NCBI GenBank assembly: GCA_963779415.1
Contig: CAVZYA010000001.1
Coordinates: 1,568,001-1,632,000, forward strand
Origin: an uncultured Acidobacteriota bacterium
Lineage (GTDB): Bacteria; Acidobacteriota; Thermoanaerobaculia; UBA5066
Reading direction: 5' to 3'
DNA length: 64,000 bases
Within the stretch, counting starts at the first letter, position 1, and every line of letters begins with the position of its first letter. Shown one piece after another: positions 28,916-40,339 of the stretch. The notes beneath the pieces were generated by a model. The model searched no databases. It saw only the letters and a list, made by a program, of their open reading frames with translations, and was not told the DNA's origin. Made by a program: the position numbers and the translations under genes.

Positions 28916-30412
28916 TCAGGCGGGCCGGGGCGGGCGCCGAGCCGCCCAGGGGCGGGCCCGTTCGAGCTGTCCCGCGAGGCGGAAGAGCGTCGCCTCGTCC
29001 GCGAACCGGCCGACGACCTGGACGCCGACCGGAAGGCCGTCGGCCGAGACGCCGAGCGGCACAGACATGGCGGGCTGCCCGGAGACGTTGAACGGAGGGG
29101 TGAACGGCATGAAGTCGAACGTCTTCTTCGCGGTCGCCTCGAGGATCCCTGCCGCGCGAAGAAGCCACCCCGCCCGAAGCGCGGCCATCGTCTTCGCGGC
29201 GATCTTCTCCGCCGGGCGGAGCTGAAGCGAGCCGATCGGGACGGGAGGGGAGGCGAGCGTCGGCGTCACGAGGACGTCCCACTTCTCGAAGAACGATCCG
29301 ACACGCCGCCCGGCGAGGCGAAGACGCCGGACCGCTCCGTCGTACTCCCCCGCCCGGATCGAGCCGCCCAGGAGCCGGAGGGCGTGCGTCGCCGCTTCCA
29401 GCTCGAAGAGCGCCGGGGCCCGGCCGAGCTTCTTCCCGGCCTCGTCCAGCTCCGCGCGGACCTCGCCGCAGAGCATCGTGACGAAGTCGAGGGCGAACGC
29501 CTCGCCGTCGAGTTCGGGCGAGGCCTCCTCGACGTCGTGACCGAGATCGCGAAGGAGGCGCGCCGCCTCGCCGAAGACGCGGAGGCAGTCCGGGTGGACG
29601 CGGCTCCCGAGGAACGGACGTGCCGTGATCGCGATCCGGAGCTGCCCCGGCTCGCGCGAGACCTCCTCGAGGAAGGGCCGCTCCGGCGGAGGCGGGTACC
29701 AGGGCGCGCCGGGGTCCGGGCCGGAGGTCGCGTCGAGGAGGGCCGCGCTGTCGCGCACCGAGCGGGTCAGCGCGTGCTCGACGACGAAGCCGTTCCAGGC
29801 GTCTCCGATGTCGGGGCCCATCGGCGTCCGGCCCCGCGTCGGCTTCAGCCCGAAAAGGCCGCAGCACGATGCCGGGATCCGGATCGAACCGCCGCCGTCG
29901 CCGCCGTGTGCCATCGGGACGATTCCGGCCGCCACGGCGGCGGCCGATCCGCCGCTGGAGCCTCCGGGCGTCCTCGAGAGGTCCCACGGATTCCGGGCCG
30001 GGCCGAACAGCTCCGGCTCGGTATAGGGGACCAGGCCCAGCTCCGGCGTGTTCGTCTTGCCGAAGAGGACGAGGCCGGCGGCCCGGTGACGCCGGACCAG
30101 CTCTCCATCCGACGAGGGGACGTAATCCGCCATGAACCGCGAGCCGTTCGAGAGCGGCACCCCCGCCACGGCCGACATCAGGTCCTTGAGGAGGAACGGG
30201 ACGCCGGAGAACGCCCCTTCCGGAAGCCCCCGCGCGAGTTCGCGGCGGGCGGGTTCCTCCATCAGGCGGACGACGGCGTTGATCTTCGGGTTCCAGATCG
30301 CGACACGGGAGAGCGCCTCGTCGAGAAGCTCGCCCGGCGTCACCGCCTTCGCGCGGATGAGCGCCGCGAGGCCGAGGGCGTCGTGGGCGTCGTACTCGGG
30401 AAACGGGGTCAA
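28916..30412 (-). CDS. Amidase-signature enzyme
   Basis: [30 protein letters not shown]. Confidence 0.95.
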   Translation of the reverse strand: MTPFPEYDAHDALGLAALIRAKAVTPGELLDEALSRVAIWNPKINAVVRLMEEPARRELARGLPEGAFSGVPFLLKDLMSAVAGVPLSNGSRFMADYVPSSDGELVRRHRAAGLVLFGKTNTPELGLVPYTEPELFGPARNPWDLSRTPGGSSGGSAAAVAAGIVPMAHGGDGGGSIRIPASCCGLFGLKPTRGRTPMGPDIGDAWNGFVVEHALTRSVRDSAALLDATSGPDPGAPWYPPPPERPFLEEVSREPGQLRIAITARPFLGSRVHPDCLRVFGEAARLLRDLGHDVEEASPELDGEAFALDFVTMLCGEVRAELDEAGKKLGRAPALFELEAATHALRLLGGSIRAGEYDGAVRRLRLAGRRVGSFFEKWDVLVTPTLASPPVPIGSLQLRPAEKIAAKTMAALRAGWLLRAAGILEATAKKTFDFMPFTPPFNVSGQPAMSVPLGVSADGLPVGVQVVGRFADEATLFRLAGQLERARPWAARRPPRPA

Positions 30413-31383
30413 GGCCGGAACGCTTCCACGAGCGCGTCCATCCGCTCGCCGCTCCGGAGGAGCCGGATCCGCGTGAACCCCGCCCGCGCGAGGCCCGAGC
30501 GGATCTCGTCGAACGTGTAGGTCCCGCCCTCCGCCGTCCCGACGAGCATGTTCACGGCGAAGAGCGCCCCGGCGCGCGGGTGGGTGCGCGAGTCGTCCAT
30601 GACGTGATCACGGACGAGAAGGCGTCCCCCCGGGACGAGCGCCCGGAAGATCCGCGCGTAGAGGGCCTCGTTCTGCTCCGGGCCGTTCTGGTGAATGACG
30701 GCCGAGAGCCAGGCGAGATCGTGCCCCGGCGGAAGCTCGTCGGTCTCGAAGTCCCCCGAAACGAGCGTCACGCGCGAAAGAAGACCCGCCTTTTCCAGCC
30801 GCTCGCGGGCGATCTCGACGACGGCCGGCAGATCGAAGAGCGTGGCCGAGAGATCCGGCGAGGCGGCCAGGAACGCCATCGTGTAAGTGGCCGGCCCGCC
30901 GCCGACGTCGAGGAGCCGGCGGGCGCCGGAGGCCCCGGCCTCCGCGATGATGCGGTCCGCCCGCGGCGCGCCGACGACGTGCATGGCGAGGATGAAGGCA
31001 CGGAGCGACTCCGCCGGCGGGCGCTCGTGAAGCGGGACCCCCCCGACCCGCTTCGTCAGCGTCGTCCAGCGCGCCCAGAGGGCGGCCGCATGGAGGAGCA
31101 TCGGGTGGAGCGAGTCCGGCGCGTCGGCCGAAAGGCACGACGCCGCCGGCGCCGTCCGGTAGAGGCCTTCTTTCTTTTCGAGGACTTCCATCGCCGAGAG
31201 CGCGTCGAGGACGACGGCGATCGCCCGGAGATCGGCCCCGAGATGCGCGGCGACTGCCTCGGCGGAGAGGGGCTTGCGCGCGAGGAGCGTGAAGAGGTCG
31301 AACTCCGCGCCCGTCAGAAGGACGCGGCTTTCCTGGAAGCCGCGTGCGAGGGCGAGGAGGGAGTCGGGCGAGTGCGGAGCCAT
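30409..31383 (-). CDS. O-methyltransferase (family 2, with dimerisation domain)
   Basis: LLDVGGGPA, FDLP, GDF, SAVIH, LVPGGRLLVRD. Confidence 0.9.
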   Translation of the reverse strand: MAPHSPDSLLALARGFQESRVLLTGAEFDLFTLLARKPLSAEAVAAHLGADLRAIAVVLDALSAMEVLEKKEGLYRTAPAASCLSADAPDSLHPMLLHAAALWARWTTLTKRVGGVPLHERPPAESLRAFILAMHVVGAPRADRIIAEAGASGARRLLDVGGGPATYTMAFLAASPDLSATLFDLPAVVEIARERLEKAGLLSRVTLVSGDFETDELPPGHDLAWLSAVIHQNGPEQNEALYARIFRALVPGGRLLVRDHVMDDSRTHPRAGALFAVNMLVGTAEGGTYTFDEIRSGLARAGFTRIRLLRSGERMDALVEAFRP

Positions 31384-31489
31384 GGGCTTTTGGAAACTCT
31401 AACCCCGGCCCGCCCGAACCACCATGAGGAACCTGAATGAAACGGGGAGACCACTGGCCTCCCCCGCGTCCCGAAGTACTTTGGGGGTC

Positions 31490-31966
31490 TTACTTCTTCT
31501 CGTCCGGAACGAGGTCGAACGGCGCGCTCTGCGTGACGAGGAAGACGCATTCCGCTCCCCCCGCCTTGCAGCCGCTCCGGTGCCGCGACTTGGCGGGGTT
31601 GTCGATGAACGAGCCGGGGCCCAGCTCCTTCACGCCGCCGCTGCTCTCGGTCTCCAGCGTGACGGTCCCCTGCAATACGGTGTCCTGAAGGCGGTACGAG
31701 TGCGTGTGCCAGCCGGCGTCGAAACCGGGGGCCCACTTGAAGAGCGTGCCGTAAGCCCCCTTCTTCATGTCTCCCCAGAGCGGCGCCATCTGAGCTCCCT
31801 TCATCCCCTCGACGTCGACGAACTTGATGTCGGGCGCCGCCCAGATCTTCCAGGCGGACTTCGCCGCCGGCTTCTTCACCGGGGCCTTGGCGCCTTCCGC
31901 CCCGGCGATTCCGGAGAGGCCTGCACCGAGCGCCAGCGCGATGGAGAGAATTGCGACTCGTCTCAT
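31490..31966 (-). CDS. Exported cupin (DUF4437-like) protein
   Basis: Signal peptide; LWGD, WHTHS, GPGSF..NPAKSRH cupin motifs. Confidence 0.75.
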   Translation of the reverse strand: MRRVAILSIALALGAGLSGIAGAEGAKAPVKKPAAKSAWKIWAAPDIKFVDVEGMKGAQMAPLWGDMKKGAYGTLFKWAPGFDAGWHTHSYRLQDTVLQGTVTLETESSGGVKELGPGSFIDNPAKSRHRSGCKAGGAECVFLVTQSAPFDLVPDEKK

Positions 31967-32049
31967 CTCGACTTCCTCCTTCAATCGGGCGTTTGAGAAA
32001 GTCTATCCCAGGTCTCAATTGACCTCTCAACGCAGCGCGTCCGGGGTCG

Positions 32050-32215
32050 TCAGGCCGGCCGGAACGCCTCCACCGGCGCGCGGGCGATCTCCTCCGCAGC
32101 GAGCCTCTCTTTGGAGAGGAGCGTGAAGAGGTCCAGCTCGGCGCCCGTCAGCAGAACGCGGCTCTCCTGGAATCCGCGCAAGGGCGAGGAGCGCCTCGAG
32201 GGAGGTCGCGCTCAC
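32050..32215 (-). pseudogene. Internally deleted, frameshifted paralog of the 30409-31383 methyltransferase
   Basis: LLALAR / FQESRVLLTGAELDLFTLL joined to VEAFRPA*, matching both termini of the intact gene. Confidence 0.8.
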
Positions 32216-32297
32216 GGGACACCTCCTCGCGGAAGCTGCCCCGCGACGCGAGAGGCGCGCCGGGCGGGCCCGGCACCCCGGATCGGCCGGCGACGGG

Positions 32298-32726
32298 TCA
32301 TTCGCAGGTGATGCGGACCGTCGCTCTTCCCTGGTCCACGTCCACCGTCAGCTCGCCCATCTCCTTCAGCGCCGCCTCGAGGTCGCCCGTTGCGAGCTTC
32401 GAGGAGTCGAGGTCGATTCCGAGCTGGCGCAGCCGCTCGCCGATCGCCTCGCCATACCCGGGGAGCATGGCGCCGAGACGCATGCCACCCCGGACCAGCG
32501 AGAGGGGAACCCGGATGTTCACCTGCTTGCCCGGGGAGCCACTGACGCCGGCCTTCAGCACCGACATTCGCAGGAAGCGGCTCCGGGGTTTCTCTGCCGA
32601 AGGGGAAACCCCGTCCGTCGCCACGGCGGGCGCGGCTCCGATCGCCCTCAGCAACTGGTCGGCCTCGTCGACGGTCACCTTGCCGCTCGCGAGCAGCTCC
32701 AGAACCCGGCGCGCGTCGTCAGACAT
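32298..32726 (-). CDS. SHOCT-like domain protein (DUF2089 partner)
   Basis: RRVLELLASGKVTVDEADQLL, VNIRVPLSL. Confidence 0.8.
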   Translation of the reverse strand: MSDDARRVLELLASGKVTVDEADQLLRAIGAAPAVATDGVSPSAEKPRSRFLRMSVLKAGVSGSPGKQVNIRVPLSLVRGGMRLGAMLPGYGEAIGERLRQLGIDLDSSKLATGDLEAALKEMGELTVDVDQGRATVRITCE

Positions 32727-33111
32727 CGTCGTCTTCCTTTCTCCCGGCCCGCAGCTGCTCAAGCGCTTCAGCCGCCGTGATCACCCCTTGCTCCAGCCGG
32801 GCCAGGACGTCGCTCGCGGTCGGCGTCTCCTCGCGCTCGATCTCCACGAACGAAAGGGCCTCGCCAATCCGGTTGAGACGGCTCTTGATCGTCGGGTAGC
32901 TCACGCCGAAGTACTTCTCCATCTGCTTGATCGAACCGTGGCATCGGACGAACGCCGCCACGAAGACCTGGTCCTCGCCGGAAAGGCAGGCGAGCGGCGG
33001 CAGCTCGAATCGCCCCTCGATGCTCACGTCGCTCCCCGGAAGGAACGCGCGTTCGATGAGGATGGGCGCCCCCTGGGTGAGCCGGGTCAGCGTCTGCCAC
33101 TCTTGAGTCAT
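32719..33111 (-). CDS. DUF2089 domain HTH protein
   Basis: IEGRF, GSIKQMEKYFGVSYPTIKSRL, GVITAAEAL. Confidence 0.88.
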   Translation of the reverse strand: MTQEWQTLTRLTQGAPILIERAFLPGSDVSIEGRFELPPLACLSGEDQVFVAAFVRCHGSIKQMEKYFGVSYPTIKSRLNRIGEALSFVEIEREETPTASDVLARLEQGVITAAEALEQLRAGRKEDDDV

Positions 33112-33174
33112 ACTAAAGGAAGATAGCTTTTTAAATTAATAAAGTCAAGTTAAGAATTAAGAAAATTAATAAAA
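33112..33174 (-). promoter_or_regulatory. Sigma70 promoter with AT-rich direct-repeat operator
   Basis: TTGACT (33148-33143), 17 nt, TATCTT (33125-33120), 8 nt, ATG; AAATTAATAAA repeated at 33133 and 33163. Confidence 0.75.
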
Positions 33175-33322
33175 GCGCGCCGCAGCATCAAGAGTTCTTC
33201 TGGACGCCATGAGAGCGCGCACGGGCTCCCGGGAGAAAGTCCCCTCGGCGTGGCCGGTAGCGACCTTCTCTCCCCGAACGGCGGCCGCGGGGACGGCTGC
33301 CGGCAGGAGAGTCGTGCTGATA

Positions 33323-33446
33323 TCCGGCGGCTGCTGATGCAGCCGCCGATAGACGAAAAATCTGTCCTTGGCGGACCGGTGTCAAGGGTCTTCGACCGCC
33401 CCGCGGCGCGCGAAGCGCGCCCTAGACACCGGTCTGCCGAGGGCAG
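33323..33446. repeat. Structured intergenic repeat, copy 2
   Basis: Hairpin GGCGGCTGC/GCAGCCGCC + GATAG, then 18-bp outer stem and TGTCAAGGG...CCCTAGACA enclosing two small hairpins; homologous to 19561-19738. Confidence 0.75.
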
Positions 33447-33472
33447 CGGCTTTCGCAGATTGCGATGAGGCT

Positions 33473-34246
33473 TCAGCCGCCGCCAGCGGCGGCGGACTCC
33501 GGCCGGTCGATGATCGAGGCCTTGAGGTAGTCGCGGTTCAGGCGGGCGATGAACTCCTGCCGAATCTCCTTCGGGCAGGCGTTCGAGCACTCGCCGTGGT
33601 TCGTGCAGGTGCCGAAGCCTTCCTTGTCCATCTGCTCGACCATCTTCAGGGCGCGCGAGTAGCGCTCGGGCTGCCCCTGGGGGAGATAGCCGAGGTGCGA
33701 GACCTTGGCCGCGACGAAGAGCATCGCCGAGGCGTTCGGACAGGCCGCCACGCACGCCCCGCAGCCGATGCAGGCGGCGGCGTCCATCGAAAGGTCGGCC
33801 GCCTGCTTCGGGACGGGGATCGCGTTGCCGTCGGGGGCGCTTCCGGTCGCGACGCTGATGAAGCCGCCGGCCGCGAGGATCCGGTCGAAGGCGCCGCGAT
33901 CGACAATGAGGTCCCTGAGGACCGGGAAAGCCTTCGCCCGCCACGGCTCGAGGACCAGCTCGTCGCCGCTCCGGAAGCTCCGCATGTGGAGCTGGCAGGC
34001 GGTCGTCGCCTTGCGGGGCCCGTGCGGGACGCCGTTGATGACGACCCCGCACATGCCGCAGATCCCCTCGCGGCAGTCGTGGTCGAAGGCGATCGGATCC
34101 TCGCCCTTGTGAATGAGCCCCTCGTTCACCACGTCGAGCATCTCGAGAAAGGACATGTCGGGGCTGATGTCCTTCGCGTCGTACGTGACGAACCGCCCCG
34201 CGCTCTGGGCGTTCTTCTGGCGCCAGACGTGCAGCTTGAGATTCAT
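33473..34246 (-). CDS. sdhB: Succinate dehydrogenase/fumarate reductase Fe-S subunit
   Basis: [36 protein letters not shown]; ATG 34246 overlaps the sdhA stop. Confidence 0.95.
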   Translation of the reverse strand: MNLKLHVWRQKNAQSAGRFVTYDAKDISPDMSFLEMLDVVNEGLIHKGEDPIAFDHDCREGICGMCGVVINGVPHGPRKATTACQLHMRSFRSGDELVLEPWRAKAFPVLRDLIVDRGAFDRILAAGGFISVATGSAPDGNAIPVPKQAADLSMDAAACIGCGACVAACPNASAMLFVAAKVSHLGYLPQGQPERYSRALKMVEQMDKEGFGTCTNHGECSNACPKEIRQEFIARLNRDYLKASIIDRPESAAAGGG

Positions 34247-36159
34247 CACTTGTAGCTCCTCGTCGCGAGATGGACGTTCTCGAAGACGAGCGGCTCCACG
34301 TTGCGGACCGGCGTCTTCCCCTCCCCCGCGTATTCCCAGACGGCCACGTGGGAGTAGTTCGCGTCGTCGCGCTGCGCTTCGCCGTCGGCCGTCTGGAACT
34401 CCTCGCGGAAGTGCCCGCCGCACGACTCGCGGCGCTCGAGGGCGTCGCGGCACATCAGCTCCCCCAGCTCGAGGAAGTCGGCCACGCGCCCCGCCTTCTC
34501 GAGCGACTGGTTGATCTCCTCGTTCTCGCCGAGGACCCGGACGTTCTTCCAGAACTCCTCGCGGAGGACGGGGATCCTCTCGAGCGCGGTCTTGAGCCCC
34601 GCCTCGTTCCGCCCCATCCCGCAGAACTCCCACATGATCTTGCCGAGGTCGCGGTGGAAGGAGTCGACGGTGCGGGAGCCGTGGATCGCGAGGAGCTTCC
34701 GGATCTGCCCGGCGACCTGCGCCTCGACCTCCTTGAAGGCGGCGTGGGTCGAGTCGACCTTGACCTGCTTCGTGGAGCCGAGGAAGTTTCCGATCGTGTA
34801 CGGAAGGACGAAGTAGCCGTCGGCGAGTCCCTGCATCAGGGCGCTCGCCCCGAGGCGGTTCGCGCCATGGTCCGAGAAGTTCGCCTCTCCCGCCACGAAG
34901 AGACCAGGGATCGTCGACATCAGGTTGTAGTCGACCCAGAGGCCCCCCATCGTGTAGTGGGAGGCCGGGAAGATCCGCATCGGGGTCTTGTACGCATTCT
35001 CGTCCGTGATCCGCTCGTACATCTCGATGAGGTTGCCGTATCGGTCGGCGATCGTCTTCTGGCCGAGCCGCTTGATGGCGTCCGAGAAGTCGAGAAAAAC
35101 GCCGAGGCCCGTCGCCCCCACGCCCCGCCCCTCGTCGCAGACCTGCTTGGAGGCCCGCGAGGCGATGTCACGGGGCGCGAGGTTCCCGAAGCTCGGGTAC
35201 TTCCGTTCGAGAAAGTAGTCGCGCTCCTCTTCGGGGATGTCGCCCGGGGCTCTCTTGTCCCCTTTCTTCAGCGGCACCCAGATCCGGCCGTCGTTGCGGA
35301 GCGACTCGGACATGAGCGTCAGCTTCGACTGGTGCTCGCCGGTGACCGGGATGCAGGTGGGGTGGATCTGCGTGTAACAGGGGTTTCCGAAGCCGGCGCC
35401 TTTCTTGTAGGCACGCCAGATCGCGGTCGTCGAGCACCCCTTGGCGTTCGTCGAGAGGTAGAAGACGTTGCCGTAGCCGCCGGTCGCGAGGACGACGGCG
35501 TCGGCGGCCCACGACTCGATCTTTCCGGTCACCATGTCGCGCGTCACGATGCCGCGGGCCCGGCCGTCGACGACGACGAGCTCCAGCATCTCGTGGCGCG
35601 TGAACATCTTCACCGCGCCGAGGCCGATCTGCCGCTCGAGGGCCTGATAGGCGCCGATCAGGAGCTGCTGCCCCGTCTGGCCCCGGGCGTAGAAGGTGCG
35701 CGAGACCTGCGCGCCGCCGAAGGAGCGGTTCGAGAGGGTGCCGCCGTACTCGCGGGCGAAGGGGACCCCCTGCGCGACGCACTGGTCGATGATGTTGACC
35801 GACACCTCGGCGAGGCGGTGGACGTTCGCCTCGCGGGCGCGGAAGTCTCCCCCCTTGATCGTGTCGTAGAAGAGGCGGAAGACGCTGTCGCCGTCGTTCT
35901 GGTAGTTCTTCGCGGCGTTGATCCCCCCCTGCGCGGCGATCGAATGGGCGCGGCGGGGGCTGTCCTGATAGCAGAAGCAGAGGACGTTGTAGCCGAGCTC
36001 GGCGAGGCTCGCGGCCCCGGAGGCGCCGGCGAGGCCCGACCCGACCATGATGACCGTGTACTTCCGCTTGTTGGCGGGGTTCACCAGCTTCATGTCGAAG
36101 CGGTGCTTCGTCCATTTCTCGGCGAGGGGGCCCGACGGGACGGCGGATTTCAGTTCCAT
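34246..36159 (-). CDS. sdhA: Succinate dehydrogenase/fumarate reductase flavoprotein
   Basis: [37 protein letters not shown]. Confidence 0.96.
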   Translation of the reverse strand: MELKSAVPSGPLAEKWTKHRFDMKLVNPANKRKYTVIMVGSGLAGASGAASLAELGYNVLCFCYQDSPRRAHSIAAQGGINAAKNYQNDGDSVFRLFYDTIKGGDFRAREANVHRLAEVSVNIIDQCVAQGVPFAREYGGTLSNRSFGGAQVSRTFYARGQTGQQLLIGAYQALERQIGLGAVKMFTRHEMLELVVVDGRARGIVTRDMVTGKIESWAADAVVLATGGYGNVFYLSTNAKGCSTTAIWRAYKKGAGFGNPCYTQIHPTCIPVTGEHQSKLTLMSESLRNDGRIWVPLKKGDKRAPGDIPEEERDYFLERKYPSFGNLAPRDIASRASKQVCDEGRGVGATGLGVFLDFSDAIKRLGQKTIADRYGNLIEMYERITDENAYKTPMRIFPASHYTMGGLWVDYNLMSTIPGLFVAGEANFSDHGANRLGASALMQGLADGYFVLPYTIGNFLGSTKQVKVDSTHAAFKEVEAQVAGQIRKLLAIHGSRTVDSFHRDLGKIMWEFCGMGRNEAGLKTALERIPVLREEFWKNVRVLGENEEINQSLEKAGRVADFLELGELMCRDALERRESCGGHFREEFQTADGEAQRDDANYSHVAVWEYAGEGKTPVRNVEPLVFENVHLATRSYK

Positions 36160-36175
36160 CTCATCTCCTCCCGTC

Positions 36176-36832
36176 TCACTTCACGAAGCCGAAGAGGACG
36201 GCCAGCGGGACGGCCATGAACCCTCCGGCGACGACGACGGTGAAGACGATCGCGATCTTCTTCCGGACGGGATCGAAGCGCGGGTGCGAGAGGCCGAGGG
36301 TCTGCAGCATGCTCCAGGTTCCGTGCCATGTGTGGACCCCGAGGCAGAGCATCGCCACGACGTAGAAGAGGCCGACCGGCACGACCGAGAGCCCCCGCAC
36401 GACGTTCCCGTAGGCGTCGAGGTGCTTGAAGGCGGGGTGGATGCTCCCGACCGTCATGTGAAGGATGTGGAAGACGATGAAGACGGCGAGGATCGGGCCC
36501 GTCCAGCGCATCGTGCGGGAGGCGAGATCCGAGGCCTCGTAGGCCGTCTTCCGGTAGCCGACGGGGCGGGCGCTCCAGCTCTCCGCGGTCGTCGAGAGAT
36601 ACGCCCAGGCATGAAGCCCGACGCAGACGAGGAGGACGAGGCGGACGGCCCAGAGCCCCGTTCCGAGGCCCTGGAGGAAGGCCGCGTAATGGTTCATCGC
36701 CTCCGGGCCCTTGAAGACGAGGGTGTTCCCCGTCATGTGCCCGAGGACGAAGAGCGACAGGACGATGCCCGTCACCGCCATCACGATCTTCTTTCCCACC
36801 GAGGAGTTGATGAATACCAAGGCTCGGGACAT
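36176..36832 (-). CDS. sdhC: Succinate dehydrogenase cytochrome b subunit (single five-TM anchor)
   Basis: [33 protein letters not shown]. Confidence 0.93.
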   Translation of the reverse strand: MSRALVFINSSVGKKIVMAVTGIVLSLFVLGHMTGNTLVFKGPEAMNHYAAFLQGLGTGLWAVRLVLLVCVGLHAWAYLSTTAESWSARPVGYRKTAYEASDLASRTMRWTGPILAVFIVFHILHMTVGSIHPAFKHLDAYGNVVRGLSVVPVGLFYVVAMLCLGVHTWHGTWSMLQTLGLSHPRFDPVRKKIAIVFTVVVAGGFMAVPLAVLFGFVK

Positions 36833-36870
36833 CCGCGTCGCCCCTCCTCCCGACGGAATTTCCGCCGCGC

Positions 36871-37901
<1,031 letters not shown>

Positions 37902-37982
37902 TCAAACGCTCCAAATGCCCGCTTTTCCCCCGAGGGGGTCGGGGAACGTCGGGGGCCTTCCGAACGTATAGTCTTTCGGGGA

Positions 37983-38345
37983 ATGGACGCCCACGGAAGG
38001 ATCCCGACCTGGCGCCGCGGACTGGAGTTCGCCCACACGGTCTGTGCGGCCGTGGCGGGGGGGCCGCTCGGCGGGACCGACGCCGGACGGCGGCTCCGGT
38101 CGGCTGCCGTCTCCGTCCCCTCGCTCGTCGGCGAGGCTTTTCTCGATCAGGGAGCGGCCGAGGCCGCCCGGTCGCTCCTGGCGGCCGCCGAGAAGCTGGC
38201 CGAGGTGGCGGGGATCCTGTCGCTCGACCCGATCCGTCAGGCTCTCGGGGAGCCCGAGCGGATGGCCCTCTTGCGCGAGATCGAATCCCTCCGCGCCGAG
38301 CTGGACCTCCTCCGGGACGGACTCCCGGGTACCCCCTCCCACTGA
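37983..38345 (+). CDS. Four-helix bundle protein (divergent 23S rRNA IVP-like)
   Basis: WRRGLEFAHTV...RLRSAAVSVPSLVGEA resembles the family RAAVSIPSNIAEG motif. Confidence 0.6.
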   Translation: MDAHGRIPTWRRGLEFAHTVCAAVAGGPLGGTDAGRRLRSAAVSVPSLVGEAFLDQGAAEAARSLLAAAEKLAEVAGILSLDPIRQALGEPERMALLREIESLRAELDLLRDGLPGTPSH

Positions 38346-38356
38346 GCCTTCGCCGG

Positions 38357-39883
38357 TCACCGCCGGAAATGCTGGAGGGCGTCGGTCGGGCTGTAGTCGT
38401 CCGTCAGGACCGGAACGCCCTTCGTCCGCATCTCGCCGTCGAAAAGGCTCCCCGCCCACGTCGCGACGCCGGCGCGGCCGAGACGCTTCGCGAGGGCGGA
38501 TGCCCGGTCGGCGATCTCCCCGCCGCCGAGACGGTCGGGCGAGCGGGATGCCACCACGATCGCGTTCCCCCGGAAGAGCGGATCGCCCCGCGCCAGCTCG
38601 CCGGAGAAGATGTAGACACGCGGGAAGACCTCCGAGAGGGTCCGGATCGCCGCCCAGAAGAGCCCGTTCCCCTTCCCGGTGAAGTCCCCGACGAAGTTCG
38701 CGGCGAGAACGCCGCCCGGCGAGAGCCGGTCGCGGGCGAGCGTGAAGAACTCCTTCGTCAGGAGGTGGAACGGCACACCGTCGGCGAAGTAGGCATCGAC
38801 GATGAGGACGTCGGTTCCGGAGATTTCCCGCTTGAGCTCCCACCGGCCGTCCCCGGTGAGGATCCGGCTGCCGGCTCCCGGGGCGACGCCGAAGCGCCGT
38901 GCCACCGCCACGACCTCCGGGTCGATCTCGATCGTCGTCACGGCGATCTCCGGCGCGCGGGCGGAGAGAATCGCCTGGATCATCCCGGCGCCGAGGCCGA
39001 TGGCGACGAGGCTTTCCGGCCGGCGCGGGAAGGCGAGAGAGAGGAGGAGCGCGTCCGAGTAGTTCGGCGGGATCCCGGCCCCATCGCCCCTCGGAAAGTA
39101 GCCCTGCAGGAAACGGTCGAAATAGAGCATCCGGCGGGGGCCCTGCTCCACGACGCGGATCCGGTGGTACGCGGTCTCCTTCTGGAAAAGGACCGTCCCG
39201 CCGAAGATCGGCGCCGAGGCCGCTCCCGGCGCGAGGAACGTCGCGGCAGACGCCGCGCCGACGAGGAGGAGATCGCGCAGGGCGCGTCCCGCGGAGACCG
39301 GCGCCGGAACGAGCCATGCGGCGACGACCAGAGCAAGGCCGATCCCGAACAGGATCGGGGGGGTCGAGAGGATCGGGATGAGAAAGAAGGTCGTCGCGAA
39401 AGTCCCGGCGATCGACCCGACGGTCGAGACGGCCGAGATCCGCCCCGCCGCGGCGCCGAGCGTCGAGATCTCGCGCGCGACGAGACGGACCGCGAAGGTC
39501 GTCACCGTCCCCATCAGGGTGCAGGGGCCGGCGAAGAGGGCGAGCGCCGCGAGGAGCGAACGATACCGGTCCGGGACGTCGGCCTCCGCGAAGAGGCGGA
39601 GTATCGGGCCCGGCGCGAAAAAGACGATCCACGTCAGAACCCCCGAGACGGTGAGCATCTGCGCGAGGGCCGACGCGCGGGGCATTCTGTCCGAGAGCTT
39701 TCCGCCGAGCGCCGCGCCGAGGGCGAGCGAGGCGAGAAATACGGTGATGAGCGAGCCCCAGACGAAGATCGAGGTCCCGAAGACCGGCGCGAGGATCCGG
39801 GCTCCGACGATCTCGAGGCTCATGAGCGCGGCTCCGGCGACGAAAACGGCCAGCTCCAGCCGGAGAAGCTCGCGTCGGCCCAC
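38357..39883 (-). CDS. Fused MFS-like membrane domain / spermidine synthase-like protein
   Basis: MSLEIVGARILAPVFGTS TM region; IGLGAG, IEIDP, GDGR, VDAY, LTDDYSP. Confidence 0.88.
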   Translation of the reverse strand: MGRRELLRLELAVFVAGAALMSLEIVGARILAPVFGTSIFVWGSLITVFLASLALGAALGGKLSDRMPRASALAQMLTVSGVLTWIVFFAPGPILRLFAEADVPDRYRSLLAALALFAGPCTLMGTVTTFAVRLVAREISTLGAAAGRISAVSTVGSIAGTFATTFFLIPILSTPPILFGIGLALVVAAWLVPAPVSAGRALRDLLLVGAASAATFLAPGAASAPIFGGTVLFQKETAYHRIRVVEQGPRRMLYFDRFLQGYFPRGDGAGIPPNYSDALLLSLAFPRRPESLVAIGLGAGMIQAILSARAPEIAVTTIEIDPEVVAVARRFGVAPGAGSRILTGDGRWELKREISGTDVLIVDAYFADGVPFHLLTKEFFTLARDRLSPGGVLAANFVGDFTGKGNGLFWAAIRTLSEVFPRVYIFSGELARGDPLFRGNAIVVASRSPDRLGGGEIADRASALAKRLGRAGVATWAGSLFDGEMRTKGVPVLTDDYSPTDALQHFRR

Positions 39884-39982
39884 GAAGGCAGTCTAGCCGG
39901 ACGGAACCGGCGGCCCCTTGACGCTCTCCCGTCCAGCCGTTAGCGTTCCGGCCGACGTCGTCCCCGTTCCAAAGGAGATCCG

Positions 39983-40327
39983 ATGTGCTTCCGCCCCGCC
40001 CTTTCGGTCCTCGTCCTCGGAGCCCTTCTCGCCGCCGCCGCTCCCGCGATCTCGGACGAGAAGGCCCCGGCCCCCGCGCCCGCCTCCACGACGGCGGCCC
40101 CGGCGACGGCGCCCGGCAGCGTGACCACGGCCCCTGCCGGCGAAGCTCCCGCCACGGCGTCGAGCGCGGCCCCGGCTTCGGCGGCCCCCGCGGCCAGGGC
40201 CCCGGCCGAGAAGACGACGAACGAGGTCCCGGCCGGCGCCTCCCGGACGACGACGATCGTCATCGGCCTGATCGTCCTCCTGCTCCTCGTCGTCCTCGTC
40301 GTTCTCGGGACGAAGAAGCAGGAGTAG
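39983..40327 (+). CDS. Small exported Ala/Pro/Thr-rich protein with C-terminal membrane anchor
   Basis: SD AAGGAG; signal peptide; low-complexity linker; IVIGLIVLLLLVVLVVLG-TKKQE. Confidence 0.7.
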   Translation: MCFRPALSVLVLGALLAAAAPAISDEKAPAPAPASTTAAPATAPGSVTTAPAGEAPATASSAAPASAAPAARAPAEKTTNEVPAGASRTTTIVIGLIVLLLLVVLVVLGTKKQE

Positions 40328-40339
40328 CCTCCTCCGCGC

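Noticed and set aside
37983-38345. Avd accessory protein of a diversity-generating retroelement
   Set aside because: The fold family is shared, but there is no reverse transcriptase or TR/VR pair nearby.
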